Assembly: GCA_036638655.1 (NCBI GenBank)
Contig: JAVWKG010000001.1
Span: 12,146 to 76,145 of the forward strand
Source: Lysinibacillus sp.
GTDB taxonomy: Bacteria; Bacillota; Bacilli; Bacillales_A; Planococcaceae
Direction of reading: 5' to 3'
Length of the DNA stretch: 64,000 nucleotides
Shown here one piece after another: positions 1 through 9,735 of this stretch. The number at the start of each line of letters is the position of its first letter. The stretch's first letter is position 1. Both the position numbers and the translations under genes were made by a program. The notes beneath the pieces were generated by a model. The model was not told the DNA's origin and did not search any database. It worked only from the letters and a program-made list of their open reading frames with translations.

Positions 1-49
1 AAAAATGCGTTATGCATTATAGTAAACAGGATATTTATTAACAACATCA

Positions 50-86
50 AACGCCACGAACCAATACATGTACGGGTCGTGGCGTT
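50..86 (-). terminator. Probable intrinsic terminator after the heme operon
   Basis: Inverted repeat AACGCCACGA(50-59)/TCGTGGCGTT(77-86) just past the stop at 102; interrupted U-tract on the minus strand. Confidence 0.55.
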
Positions 87-101
87 AAATTCAACTATCT
101 T

Positions 102-599
102 CTATTTTTTATCAATGATTACATGTGTTAACGTATCTTCTGCAAAGTCAATGTCAAATGCTTTGCCAAACCCTACTACATAGCGTCCCTTTAGAGGTGT
201 TAGCTCAAATAATGAAAAATCCAGTGTACGTAATAACTTCATCATATTTGCAGTATGCACTTCATCAAATGCTGCAAATACTTCCTCATGCCCTTCATTG
301 CCTAAATTAGTAGGCTTACATTGCCAGCGTGCGCGTTCTGTCGCAAAATGATTTTGCGTTACTGCTTGATCTGCTACACATAATACGTCCACAACTTGCG
401 ATTGATCTAGTAACTGATGATGCTCAGCAATGCGACTAACATACACATAAAACTTACCATTTACGCGCACGAAAGCTGCTGAACTACTAAATGGCATGCC
501 TTCTTTGTCTACAAAGCTAAGAAGAAAGCTTTTTCTCCCATGAATAAATGCCTCATAATCTTTTCTAATTTGTTCAATATCGATTGTTTTTTGCATCAT
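102..599 (-). CDS. HugZ/HutZ-like heme utilisation protein (PNPOx-like split barrel)
   Basis: Motifs PFSSSAAFV, YVYVSRIAEH, LRTLDFSLFELTP-GRYVVGFGKAF. Start moved to ATG 599 behind a TAGGAG RBS. Last gene of the heme ABC operon. Confidence 0.8.
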   Translation of the reverse strand: MMQKTIDIEQIRKDYEAFIHGRKSFLLSFVDKEGMPFSSSAAFVRVNGKFYVYVSRIAEHHQLLDQSQVVDVLCVADQAVTQNHFATERARWQCKPTNLGNEGHEEVFAAFDEVHTANMMKLLRTLDFSLFELTPLKGRYVVGFGKAFDIDFAEDTLTHVIIDKK

Positions 600-607
600 T
601 GTTTCTC

Positions 608-1390
608 CTAACATCTCACTGTATTTTTTAGTTGAATACGCGGGGCTGTATCCCACGTAACACGCTGAATTTCTGCTTCCATTTTATAAATAGACTGAAT
701 CATATTTTCTGTCATAACATCATCGGGCGTACCAATTTGCGCACGATGTCCATCCTTAACAACAACAATTCGGTCACTATAACTAGAAGCTTGATTTAAA
801 TCATGCAGCACCATCACAACAGTCATACCCGTGTCGCGATTCAGTTCGCGAACTAGCTCTAACACCTCATGTTGATGTGCAATATCTAAATAGGTTGTAG
901 GTTCATCTAAAAGTAATATTTGTGGTTTTTGAGCTAGCGCCATAGCTATCCAAGCACGCTGCGACTCCCCACCTGATAACGCGGCAATCGATTGATCTTT
1001 ATACTGAGTCAGCTGCGTTTTTTCAAGTGCCCAATCGACAATTGCATAATCCTCATCATCTAAACGTTCAAACCACTTTTTATGTGGATATCGACCATAT
1101 GACACTAAATTGCGCACCGTAATATCCGAAGGTGCTTGATTGCGCTGACTTAAAATGCACATTTTCTTGGCAATTTCCTTTGACGATAATTTCCGCATAT
1201 TTTCTCCGTCAAATGTAACCGTTCCCGCGCTGTAAGGCAACATACGTGCAACCGCTTTTAAAATTGTAGACTTCCCTGAGCCATTTGGTCCGATAATCGA
1301 TAATACTTCACCCTTTTTTACATCAAATGAAAAATTATGGACAACTTCTTTTTGCTCATAACGAACGGATAGCTGTTCAATTGTTAACAT
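608..1390 (-). CDS. Iron-chelate/heme ABC transporter ATP-binding subunit
   Basis: Walker A GPNGSGKST, LSGGESQR, LLLDEPT, VLHDLN. Confidence 0.93.
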   Translation of the reverse strand: MLTIEQLSVRYEQKEVVHNFSFDVKKGEVLSIIGPNGSGKSTILKAVARMLPYSAGTVTFDGENMRKLSSKEIAKKMCILSQRNQAPSDITVRNLVSYGRYPHKKWFERLDDEDYAIVDWALEKTQLTQYKDQSIAALSGGESQRAWIAMALAQKPQILLLDEPTTYLDIAHQHEVLELVRELNRDTGMTVVMVLHDLNQASSYSDRIVVVKDGHRAQIGTPDDVMTENMIQSIYKMEAEIQRVTWDTAPRIQLKNTVRC

Positions 1391-2379
1391 TAAAACGCCT
1401 TCTTCCTCATTAAATATAAAAAGTACGGACCACCAATGACCGCCATTAATATCCCAGCTGGAATATCAAGTGGAGCAAACAGCGTACGGCCGCCTGTGTC
1501 GGCAATCAATAAAATGATCGCTCCCATTGCCATACTCATCGGTAGCATATATTTATAATCCGAGCCTACGAGTAAGCGTGCCATATGCGGTACAATTAAA
1601 CCGACAAAGCCAATCATACCGATAGCTGCTACTGAAATAGCTGCTAAAAACACGGCTAAAATAGACAGCATAATACGGATCCTCGTTACATTCTCACCTA
1701 AGTTTGTTGCCACTTGATCACCTAAGCGAATGATGTTTGCTTTACGAATTGCAAAAATCGATAATATCCAGCCGATAATGGCATACACATAAATCATTTG
1801 TAATGAAGCATGCCCTTTTGCAGCTAAACTACCATTCAACCATTGCACTGCAGAAGGCAAGCGGTCACTATATAAAATCGATAAAAAACCAATAATACCT
1901 CCACATAACGCATTAACCGCCACACCGGATAAAATAATCGTAATTGGCGAAATGCCCGTACGACGCCAAGCAAGGGCATAAACAATGCCCGCTGCTAGTA
2001 ACCCGCCGACAAAGGCAGCTAGTGGGATTAAATGTGTGTACTCAGGGTTTGCTAGCATAATGAGCAAGACAAATGCAGCTGCACCACTCGTCACTCCCGT
2101 TAACCCAGGGTCTGCAAGTGGATTACCCATTACGGCTTGTAACAAGGCTCCCGATATAGCTATGTTCGCACCAATAATAAGTGCTAATAAAACACGAGGC
2201 AGGCGAATATCCCAAATGATCGTTGTATAGACGCCTTCCTCACGACCATTCATAATCGTTTTTAAAATATCAGGAATCGTAATATGCACACTGCCTAATC
2301 CCATCGCAACAATTGCTGCAAGTATTGCTAGCACAAATGTGATGATGACAATTGTGCGACTTCTAGTTGTACTTATCAT
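1390..2379 (-). CDS. FecCD-family heme/iron ABC permease
   Basis: IRLPR, NPLADPG, IGFVGLIVPH motifs; many TM segments. Confidence 0.93.
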   Translation of the reverse strand: MISTTRSRTIVIITFVLAILAAIVAMGLGSVHITIPDILKTIMNGREEGVYTTIIWDIRLPRVLLALIIGANIAISGALLQAVMGNPLADPGLTGVTSGAAAFVLLIMLANPEYTHLIPLAAFVGGLLAAGIVYALAWRRTGISPITIILSGVAVNALCGGIIGFLSILYSDRLPSAVQWLNGSLAAKGHASLQMIYVYAIIGWILSIFAIRKANIIRLGDQVATNLGENVTRIRIMLSILAVFLAAISVAAIGMIGFVGLIVPHMARLLVGSDYKYMLPMSMAMGAIILLIADTGGRTLFAPLDIPAGILMAVIGGPYFLYLMRKKAF

Positions 2380-2394
2380 GTGATGCTCCTTATT

Positions 2395-3381
2395 TTATTC
2401 AAAGAAGTAATCAGCAATTGTTGTTAATGCTGTATCGACATTCGCAATAGATGTTACGCCAAAAACACTGTAATCTAGCATATAAATTTTATCGTTTTTA
2501 TATGCCGACAATTGTGTCCACGCACTATTTTTTTCGACTTCTTCTTTAAATTTATCTGCATTTGCTCCGTGATCCCCTGATGCTAAAACAAAAATCATAT
2601 CTGGATTTGCGACAACAATTTCTTCTAAGTTAATCGCCGAATACGTTGCTTCTGTTCTTAATACGGATTTTGCGATATTATCTGCATCTAGTCGTTCTAC
2701 TAAACTTCCTAAATAAGATTTATCATTCATCACCATAAACGAATCCGCTGTACCCATTACTAACATGACGGATGGCAGCTCTTTTCCTTCTGCCAATTTT
2801 TCTAACTCTTGTTCTTTTGCTACGATATTTTGTAATACTTCATTCATCTTTTCCTTTTTTCCAAAATATGTACCTAGAACTTTGAAGCTTAGTTTTAAAT
2901 CTTCATAAGAATCCGTTGGTAAATATGCTGTTTGTAAATTCATGCCTACTAATGCTTTATCAAGTGTATCTTGTAAAGCGGATGAACCAACAATTAACTC
3001 CGTTTGTAAGCTTGAGATTACTTCTAAATCTGGTGCCATCGGTGAACCAATACGAGTAATCGCATCAAAGTCGGCTGGAATTGGATTTGTAGATGTCGGT
3101 ACGCCTACAGGTTCAATGTCAAGTAAGTGAAGCATTTCTGTTAACGGAACAGAAGTTGTAACAATTTTTTCTGGAACCGTTTCTGGGAACGCTGCTAATG
3201 CTTCTTGGAATTTTTCTTCATTCACACCATCATCAAATGCATCTGCTTTTACGACAGATTCCTCATCCGCTTGTTCCTGTGATTTCACTTTTTCAGATTC
3301 CTCACCCTTCACTTCTTTTTCAGCACAGCCAAACAGCGCTAATGATAACGCTAATAAACTTACACCCGCAAACTTTTTCAT
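2395..3381 (-). CDS. IsdE-like heme-binding lipoprotein of the ABC transporter
   Basis: Lipobox LFGC; IGSPMAPDLE and ASGDHG match the Met/His heme-ligand motifs of the IsdE family. Confidence 0.8.
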   Translation of the reverse strand: MKKFAGVSLLALSLALFGCAEKEVKGEESEKVKSQEQADEESVVKADAFDDGVNEEKFQEALAAFPETVPEKIVTTSVPLTEMLHLLDIEPVGVPTSTNPIPADFDAITRIGSPMAPDLEVISSLQTELIVGSSALQDTLDKALVGMNLQTAYLPTDSYEDLKLSFKVLGTYFGKKEKMNEVLQNIVAKEQELEKLAEGKELPSVMLVMGTADSFMVMNDKSYLGSLVERLDADNIAKSVLRTEATYSAINLEEIVVANPDMIFVLASGDHGANADKFKEEVEKNSAWTQLSAYKNDKIYMLDYSVFGVTSIANVDTALTTIADYFFE

Positions 3382-3403
3382 AACTAATAACCCCCCACTT
3401 AAA

Positions 3404-3418
3404 TGATAATGATTTTCA
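3404..3418. promoter_or_regulatory. Fur box
   Basis: TGATAATGATTTTCA matches TGATAAT-N-ATTATCA at 13/14 and lies between promoter and RBS of the heme operon; a weaker box is at 3465-3479. Confidence 0.85.
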
Positions 3419-3427
3419 ATATCGTTT

Positions 3428-3456
3428 ATACTATCAGATTATATTGAGAATGACAA
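3428..3456 (-). promoter_or_regulatory. Putative sigma-A promoter of the heme operon
   Basis: TTGTCA-N17-TAGTAT with a TG extension. Confidence 0.55.
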
Positions 3457-3463
3457 TAGCTAA

Positions 3464-3853
3464 TTGAGAAATATTTTCACTGAAGAAATTAATCGTCGAA
3501 TTGCTGGCAAGTCGCTTCCCTTCACACTTTGCCCTGCTTATGCTGGTTGCCCTATCGGATGCAGGGAGAATGATATTGGTGTCTTAAAAGTTGAAATTGG
3601 TTACGATCTGTATATTAGCCGCTATCCAAAAGGAGCAGATGCACAAGTTGGCAAGCTAGTGAAAGTCCAAGAACTTTATACCCTAATTGACAAAATCGTA
3701 GAGGTTTACTCCGAGCATGGAAAGAAATGCGAATCCTTCTTTAAGTTTGTAAATCGTTACAGTTTTGATACGCTTACAGATCAAATGCTGTTAAATAAAA
3801 AGACAGAATTAATCTACAATATGTGTAGAAAAAATTCTGTCTTTTCATTTTGA
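3464..3853 (+). pseudogene. Remnant of a nitrite/sulfite-reductase-like 4Fe-4S domain protein (C-terminal half)
   Basis: AYAGCPIGC..NDIG..YDLYI..ESFFKFVNR pattern. No RBS, the TTG start sits inside a Fur-like box, and the 3' end runs through a terminator hairpin. Confidence 0.55.
3797..3845. terminator. Bidirectional-looking intrinsic terminator
   Basis: AAAAGACAGAATT...AATTCTGTCTTTT inverted repeat between converging ORFs. Confidence 0.7.
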
Positions 3854-3891
3854 TATTTCTTGAATCGAAACTGCTATACATATCCGCTCAT

Positions 3892-4179
3892 TTACTTATT
3901 ATTCTTATTCAGCTCTATAGTGTGTAGCCAATCTTGAAACTGCTTTGTTGGGTAGTATGTATTGCCATTCAATACGACTTTAGGTGCACCTGGATATTCA
4001 CGTAATAATTCTTTAATTTCCTTTTCACTAAGATTTACATAGTAATGTAATTCATTTTCTTTTAAAAAATAAAAATAATTCGAGCCCTTTTTAGGGTTAC
4101 CAAAATTTCTTAAACCATCACCTATAAAATATCCTAAAATAACTAATCCAACACCTATCCAAATTAAATTGATCTCCAT
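3892..4179 (-). CDS. Small protein with an N-terminal TM helix and a C-terminal excisionase/MerR-like HTH
   Basis: Hydrophobic residues 3-20; C-terminal PKVVLNGNTYYPTKQFQDWL wing pattern; AGGATGAG RBS. Confidence 0.6.
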   Translation of the reverse strand: MEINLIWIGVGLVILGYFIGDGLRNFGNPKKGSNYFYFLKENELHYYVNLSEKEIKELLREYPGAPKVVLNGNTYYPTKQFQDWLHTIELNKNNK

Positions 4180-4276
4180 TTTCTCATCCTACCTTCAAAT
4201 TTCTTTCTTACGCATGATTTTCTCAAACTATATAGCTCAATAACGATGTCCAAAACTTTATTATTCTAATCCTATA

Positions 4277-4993
4277 TTAAGCTTTCGTCCCCCTCATTTT
4301 AGGCCAAAGAGTCATGATGACCCAAATAACAGTTGGAAATACGAATGCTCCAATGATTGTAGACGCTAAAATTTTTACTGAACTGTCTGCGACAAAAAAC
4401 AAATTCAAAACAGCGATTAAAAAGAGAAGGGCTATTACAGTTTTAAAAAGATTAACTAATCCTATTTTTTCTTCTACCTTCCATTTGTTTTTGTAGTTTG
4501 CGAATACAGTCAAAGTTGTTGGAAAGGCTATGACAGTCAAAATAATGGCTACTGCAGACATTATCGAATGTAATGTACCAGAGCTTATCATTGCTCCTAC
4601 CCATGCGAGTACTGTTACTAAAACGCACGGAATGGCGAAATAATTCATTGAACGAGCTAAATTTTCATACTTTACGACGTATGTGTCACGGTCACTATAA
4701 ATTGGTGTTGTATTCGGATGCGCTCGAAATAAATGTATATCTCCTTCTGAGGTAATATGCGACCATCCAGCAGATACAAAAAGGTTAAAGTATTCCTCTT
4801 CTTCATCCTTTTTTATTGAACGATAATCTACGCTATAGATATAATCTGTGCATTCCCCTTTTTCAAGCGTATACCCCATAAACTTAAAATCACTGACATG
4901 CCACCCCTTCAAAGAAAATTGGCGTAATTTTTCCATGTCCTTCTTCTCAGAAAAAGCTAACCCACCTGACGTAATATACTTTCTTTGTCTCAT
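4277..4993 (-). CDS. DUF2812-family membrane protein
   Basis: MEKLRQFSLKGW...YSVDY...GWSH pattern, then 4 TM helices; start overlaps the PadR stop. Confidence 0.8.
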   Translation of the reverse strand: MRQRKYITSGGLAFSEKKDMEKLRQFSLKGWHVSDFKFMGYTLEKGECTDYIYSVDYRSIKKDEEEEYFNLFVSAGWSHITSEGDIHLFRAHPNTTPIYSDRDTYVVKYENLARSMNYFAIPCVLVTVLAWVGAMISSGTLHSIMSAVAIILTVIAFPTTLTVFANYKNKWKVEEKIGLVNLFKTVIALLFLIAVLNLFFVADSSVKILASTIIGAFVFPTVIWVIMTLWPKMRGTKA

Positions 4994-5307
4994 TCTTCAA
5001 CCTCCCTTAATCCTGTCTCTGCTAATTGAATCATCAGTTTTCTTAGCTTCACATCTTCTTCTAATACTTCTTTACCCTTTTCAGTAAGCAGATACGTTTT
5101 ACGTCTTGAATCCGAACCATCATACAAATAAATCCACTCTTGATTTAATAATTTTTTAATAATCGTGTACATCGAAGCAGGGCCTATCGTAATAACACAT
5201 TTTGTTGTTTCTTCAATTAAGTTCATAATAGCGTAACCATGCCTTGGCTTAGTTAAAGCAGCCATTATATAGAACATTGAATCTGTTAATTGCTCAGTTT
5301 TCTTCAA
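4990..5307 (-). CDS. PadR-family transcriptional regulator
   Basis: PRHGYAIM, GPASMYTIIKKL, RRKTYLLTEKG. Confidence 0.92.
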   Translation of the reverse strand: MKKTEQLTDSMFYIMAALTKPRHGYAIMNLIEETTKCVITIGPASMYTIIKKLLNQEWIYLYDGSDSRRKTYLLTEKGKEVLEEDVKLRKLMIQLAETGLREVEE

Positions 5308-5320
5308 CTACTCACCTTCT

Positions 5321-5420
5321 GTATCGTTTTAAGATATATCACAAAACGATACATCTATTTAAAAATAATATATCATGATGTGATACATCTGTCTAGAGTT
5401 ATATCATAATATGATACATC
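5321..5420. promoter_or_regulatory. Four palindromic operators RTATC-N7-GATAY plus the sigma-A promoter of padR-DUF2812
   Basis: Copies at 5321, 5336, 5370 and 5401, each followed by ATC; minus-strand TAGACA(5395-5390)-N17-TATATT. Confidence 0.7.
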
Positions 5421-5438
5421 AAATTTTTCCTTTATAAT

Positions 5439-5487
5439 AAAAAAAGAGATTACTCAAATTATAAACAACTTTGAGTAATCCCTTTTT
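5439..5487 (-). terminator. Intrinsic terminator after the M16 peptidase gene
   Basis: GATTACTCAAA/TTTGAGTAATC stem flanked by A/T runs. Confidence 0.8.
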
Positions 5488-5488
5488 A

Positions 5489-6712
5489 TTATAATTTTGG
5501 ACCAATAATCGAAATTGCTGGCTCTGCTTTTAAAATTTTGGCAATCAGACGATCTATAGATTCCATTGAAATGGCATCTATTGCATCTAAAATTTCATCA
5601 ACTGAACGATGTTTGCGGTGTACGAGTTCGTTACTGCCATTACGGTTCATACGTGAGCCTGTTCCTTCTAAGCCAAGTACGAAGCTACCTTTTAGTTGCT
5701 CCTTGGCATTATTAAGCTCTTCCTCCGTCACACCACCTGCTACTATATCCAGCAGTGTTGCATCAATCGTATGTTGAAGCTGTGGCAATTGCTGACGACT
5801 CGTACTACCATAAATCGTAAATGCACCAACGTCCGCATAGCAAGATTGGTAAGAGAAAATCGAATACGCTAGGCCACGCTCCTCACGCACTTCCTGAAAC
5901 AAACGGGAGCTCATATTACCACCAACAATATTATTCAGTGCAATAAAGCTATACATATCCGGGTCCTTTACACCAATTGCTGGATAAGAAATCGCTAGAT
6001 GTGCCTGCTCCGTATCACGCAGTTTGACAATCTCTCCAGCACTGAATGCTGGCTTCGTTAATACAGGCTCTACGGCTAGTGGCGATGCCTCATACTGTCC
6101 AAATAGACTTTCAATTGTTGCCAGCAATTCCGCTGAAATATTACCGGCTACTGAGATCACTACCGATTTTGGTCCATAGTGCTTTGCCATATAAGTACGA
6201 ATTGTATCGACTGTAAATGTTTTTAACGTTTCAGCTGTTCCTAAAATTGGGCGGCCAAGTGCATCCTTTGGATACATGACTTCCCATAACTTTTCATGAA
6301 CATCGTCATCTGGTGCATCTTCACTCATTAATATTTCTTCTAACACAACTTGGCGCTCTTTCTCTAATTCTTCCTTTGCAAATGTAGAGTGAAAGAACAT
6401 ATCTGCTAAAATCCTAATGGCAAGATCTCCATGATGATCTAGAACTTTAGCATAATAGCAAGTATTTTCCTTTGATGTGAAAGCATTTAGCTCGCCACCA
6501 ATACGATCAAATTCCTCTGCAATTTGACGAGCTGAACGTGTAGCTGTCCCTTTAAAAAGCATATGCTCGATGAAATGTGTAATACCATTTTCCTCTGGTA
6601 ATTCATAACGTGAGCCTGCATCCACAAAAATTCCAAGTGTAACTGAACGCACGTGGTCAATTTGTTCAGAAACGATGCGCACGCCATTTTGACATGTGTG
6701 TACTAGTACCAA
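5489..6712 (-). CDS. M16 (pitrilysin) family zinc peptidase, MlpA/YmxG-like
   Basis: HFIEH (HXXEH), LNAFTSKE, SRLFQEVREERGLAYS; follows pnp; TTG start at 6712 behind GAGGGAG. Confidence 0.9.
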   Translation of the reverse strand: MVLVHTCQNGVRIVSEQIDHVRSVTLGIFVDAGSRYELPEENGITHFIEHMLFKGTATRSARQIAEEFDRIGGELNAFTSKENTCYYAKVLDHHGDLAIRILADMFFHSTFAKEELEKERQVVLEEILMSEDAPDDDVHEKLWEVMYPKDALGRPILGTAETLKTFTVDTIRTYMAKHYGPKSVVISVAGNISAELLATIESLFGQYEASPLAVEPVLTKPAFSAGEIVKLRDTEQAHLAISYPAIGVKDPDMYSFIALNNIVGGNMSSRLFQEVREERGLAYSIFSYQSCYADVGAFTIYGSTSRQQLPQLQHTIDATLLDIVAGGVTEEELNNAKEQLKGSFVLGLEGTGSRMNRNGSNELVHRKHRSVDEILDAIDAISMESIDRLIAKILKAEPAISIIGPKL

Positions 6713-6731
6713 ATAGCTCCCTCTTTCCATT

Positions 6732-6762
6732 AAAAAAGGCTGCGTATAAAACGCAGCCTTTT
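6732..6762 (-). terminator. Intrinsic terminator after pnp
   Basis: AAAAGGCTGCGT/ACGCAGCCTTTT. Confidence 0.85.
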
Positions 6763-6773
6763 GTTTATACTAA

Positions 6774-8888
6774 TTATTTATCTTGCTCAGCGCGTTCTTT
6801 TTCTTCTTGTACGACTACTTTACGAGATAAGTTAATGCGGCCTTGTTTGTCGATTTCAATGACTTTCACCATTAATTGATCGCCGATTTTCAATACATCT
6901 TCAACTTGCTTTGTACGTTCTTCCTGGATTTCCGAGATGTGTAGCAACCCGTCTTTTCCTGAGAAGATTTCACAGAAAGCACCGAATTTTTCAATACGTT
7001 TAACCGTTGATAAGTAGTACTCTCCAACTTTTGCTTCACGTACGATATTTTCGATAATTTCTTTCGCACGAGCGTTCATTTCTTCATTTGTAGAAGCAAT
7101 ATAAATTGTACCGTCTTGTTCAGTATCAATTTTCACGCCAGTTTCTTCGATGATTTTGTTAATTTGTTTACCACCTGGTCCGATTACGTCACGGATTTTG
7201 TCAGGATTGATTTTTACGATAACAATTTTTGGTGCGTAAGTAGATAATTTTTCACGTGGCTCAGCCATTGTAGCAAGCATTGATTCTAGAATATGCATAC
7301 GACCAATTTTTGCTTGTGTTAATGCCTCTTCTAAAATGTTACGTGATAAACCGTCGATTTTAATGTCCATTTGAAGTGCCGTTACACCTTTAGCTGTACC
7401 TGCAACTTTAAAGTCCATATCTCCTAGATAATCTTCCATCCCTTGGATATCAGTTAAGATTGAGTAATGTTCACCTTTTTTAACAAGACCCATTGCAATA
7501 CCTGCAACTGGTGCTTTTAAAGGTACACCTGCATCCATCATCGCTAAAGTAGAAGCACAGATTGACGCTTGTGAAGTTGAACCGTTTGACTCAAGTACTT
7601 CAGATACACAACGGATTGTGTATGGGAATGTATTTTCATCTGGTAACACTGCTAATAATGCACGCTCACCTAAAGCACCGTGACCGATTTCACGACGACC
7701 TGGTCCACGAATTGGGCCCGTTTCCCCTACTGAGAATTGTGGGAAGTTATAGTGATGCATGAAACGTTTTGACTCTTCTACGCCAAGACCATCAATAATT
7801 TGTACGTCACCAAGTGCGCCTAGTGTACAAATTGACAATGCTTGTGTTTGTCCACGTGTGAATAGTGCAGAACCATGTGTACGTTGTAATAGACCTGTTT
7901 CAGAAGAAAGTGCACGAATCTCGTCTAATTTACGACCATCTGGACGAACTTTATCTTCTGTAATTTGACGGCGAACTTCGTCTTTCACCATTTTGTCTAA
8001 AATTGTGTGTACTTGTTTCATTGTTACATCGTCAGCTTCTTGCTCTTCATATGAAGCAACAACGCGTTCTTTCACTGCTTTAATTGCTTCATCGCGTGCA
8101 TGTTTTTCAGCAGTTTGAATTGCGTCGTGCATATCTTGCTCACAAGCAGCTTTAATATTTGCAAAAATCGTTTCATCGATTTCAAATAATGTAATTTCTT
8201 TTTTCTCTTTACCAACTTCAGCAATAATTTGCTCTTGGAAAGAGATCATTTTTTTAATTTCTTCATGACCGAACATGATTGCTTCAAGCATCGTTTCTTC
8301 CGGCACTTCTAAAGCACCTGCTTCAACCATGTTGATAGCATCTTTGTTACCAGCAACTGTTAAGTGTATTGTTGAAATTTTTGACTGCTCTACAGTAGGG
8401 TTCACGACGAATTCACCATCAATGTAACCAACTTGAACACCAGCGATAGGTCCGCCGAATGGAATATCAGAAATTGCTAATGCTAAAGATGAACCGATCA
8501 TCGCAGCCATTTCTGCAGAACAATCTGGATCATTTGACATTACCATTGAAATGGCTTGTACTTCGTTACGGAAACCGTCTGGGAACATAGGGCGAATTGG
8601 ACGATCAATTAAACGGCTCGTTAAAATCGCGTTCTCTGAAGGGCGTCCCTCACGTTTAATGAAGCCACCTGGAATTTTACCCGCTGCATATAAACGTTCT
8701 TCGTAGTTTACTGTTAATGGGAAGAAATCTAGTGGTTTTGGTGATTTTGACATTGTCGCTGTTGCTAATACAGAAGTATCGCCATAACGTACTAATGCTG
8801 CACCGTTTGCTTGTTTTGCTAACTGTCCTACTTCAATAACTAGTGGACGGCCAGCCCATTCGTAGGAATAGACTTTCTTTTCGTTCAT
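6774..8888 (-). CDS. pnp: Polyribonucleotide nucleotidyltransferase
   Basis: [20 protein letters not shown] and S1 domains; start moved to MNEKK. Confidence 0.98.
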   Translation of the reverse strand: MNEKKVYSYEWAGRPLVIEVGQLAKQANGAALVRYGDTSVLATATMSKSPKPLDFFPLTVNYEERLYAAGKIPGGFIKREGRPSENAILTSRLIDRPIRPMFPDGFRNEVQAISMVMSNDPDCSAEMAAMIGSSLALAISDIPFGGPIAGVQVGYIDGEFVVNPTVEQSKISTIHLTVAGNKDAINMVEAGALEVPEETMLEAIMFGHEEIKKMISFQEQIIAEVGKEKKEITLFEIDETIFANIKAACEQDMHDAIQTAEKHARDEAIKAVKERVVASYEEQEADDVTMKQVHTILDKMVKDEVRRQITEDKVRPDGRKLDEIRALSSETGLLQRTHGSALFTRGQTQALSICTLGALGDVQIIDGLGVEESKRFMHHYNFPQFSVGETGPIRGPGRREIGHGALGERALLAVLPDENTFPYTIRCVSEVLESNGSTSQASICASTLAMMDAGVPLKAPVAGIAMGLVKKGEHYSILTDIQGMEDYLGDMDFKVAGTAKGVTALQMDIKIDGLSRNILEEALTQAKIGRMHILESMLATMAEPREKLSTYAPKIVIVKINPDKIRDVIGPGGKQINKIIEETGVKIDTEQDGTIYIASTNEEMNARAKEIIENIVREAKVGEYYLSTVKRIEKFGAFCEIFSGKDGLLHISEIQEERTKQVEDVLKIGDQLMVKVIEIDKQGRINLSRKVVVQEEKERAEQDK

Positions 8889-9051
8889 TCGAGTGAACCC
8901 CTCTCTATTATAAAAAAACACTTACTCATCTGTATGTATTAATAGTAAGTGTACCAAATATGCTTGTTCTATGCTAAATATTTCATTGTTTAATCATACA
9001 TTTTATTTTAATTGTTGCCAATTTATTTAGGATTCGTTTTTTTGCATAAAG

Positions 9052-9077
9052 AAAAAGCGGGAAAATATCCCGCTTTT
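9052..9077 (-). terminator. Intrinsic terminator after rpsO
   Basis: AAAAGCGGGA/TCCCGCTTTT. Confidence 0.85.
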
Positions 9078-9086
9078 CAATGTCAA

Positions 9087-9356
9087 TTAGCGACGTAAGC
9101 CTAAACGAGTGATTAATTCACGGTAACGTTGTACGTCTGTTTCACGTAAATATTTAAGTAAGTGACGACGACGACCTACCATTTTAAGAAGACCACGTTC
9201 AGAGTGGAAATCTTTTTTGTGTGTACGTAAGTGAGAGTTTAAAGCATTGATTTCAGCTGTTAATACTGCCACTTGTACTTCTGGAGAACCTGTGTCACTT
9301 TCGTGAGTACGGTACTCTGCGATTAATTCATTTTTGCGTTGTTTTGTAATAGCCAT
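9087..9356 (-). CDS. rpsO: 30S ribosomal protein S15
   Basis: [23 protein letters not shown]; true start MAITKQ (89 aa) behind AGGAGG. Confidence 0.98.
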   Translation of the reverse strand: MAITKQRKNELIAEYRTHESDTGSPEVQVAVLTAEINALNSHLRTHKKDFHSERGLLKMVGRRRHLLKYLRETDVQRYRELITRLGLRR

Positions 9357-9450
9357 TGTTATTGACCTCCTAAATAATTGGTTATCCCCATTAGCAAAGT
9401 AAACGTTGGAGTCATCGATATACCTCGCTAAGGTTAAGCACTTTATGCAC
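9357..9450 (-). promoter_or_regulatory. Putative S15 autoregulatory leader RNA (Firmicutes type)
   Basis: 5' UTR stem TTAGCGAGGTA/TACTTTGCTAA; upstream promoter TTGCTT(9485-9480)-N17-TAACAT. Confidence 0.6.
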
Positions 9451-9501
9451 TTATGAATGTTACCATAAATACTATGGTCAAGCAAGCAAGAAGAACAAGG
9501 T

Positions 9502-9715
9502 GGTTCATCAACATGGTGCGGGGGTGATTTCCGTTCCGGCTGTGCGCTTCCGGGGGGCGTCCGATGAGCCGCTTCACTCGCTATGCGCAGCACCCAGGGT
9601 CTCGGGCCAACATGATGTTGGTCACGAAGGCGTTGTCACAGGACGTGACGACCTTAGCCTTCGTTCCTTTATTCGCTAATTCCCCAGGAGTCGCACAGCC
9701 TCCACTCCAATCAAC
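9502..9715. repeat. Structured repeat copy 1 (left shell end, core and 66-bp inner module; right shell missing)
   Basis: High similarity to 24819-25031; core GTGATTTCCGTTCC...CCAATCAAC; module at 9605-9670. Confidence 0.9.
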
Positions 9716-9735
9716 AACAATCTATAAGAAAACTT

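Noticed and set aside
5321-5420. Repeat array as a mini-CRISPR or iterons
   Set aside because: Units are short degenerate palindromes with irregular spacing, there are no cas or rep genes, and they overlap a promoter
9357-9593. 79-aa N-terminal extension of S15 in the ORF track
   Set aside because: It is an open frame through the repeat, promoter and leader. The canonical start with AGGAGG is at 9356
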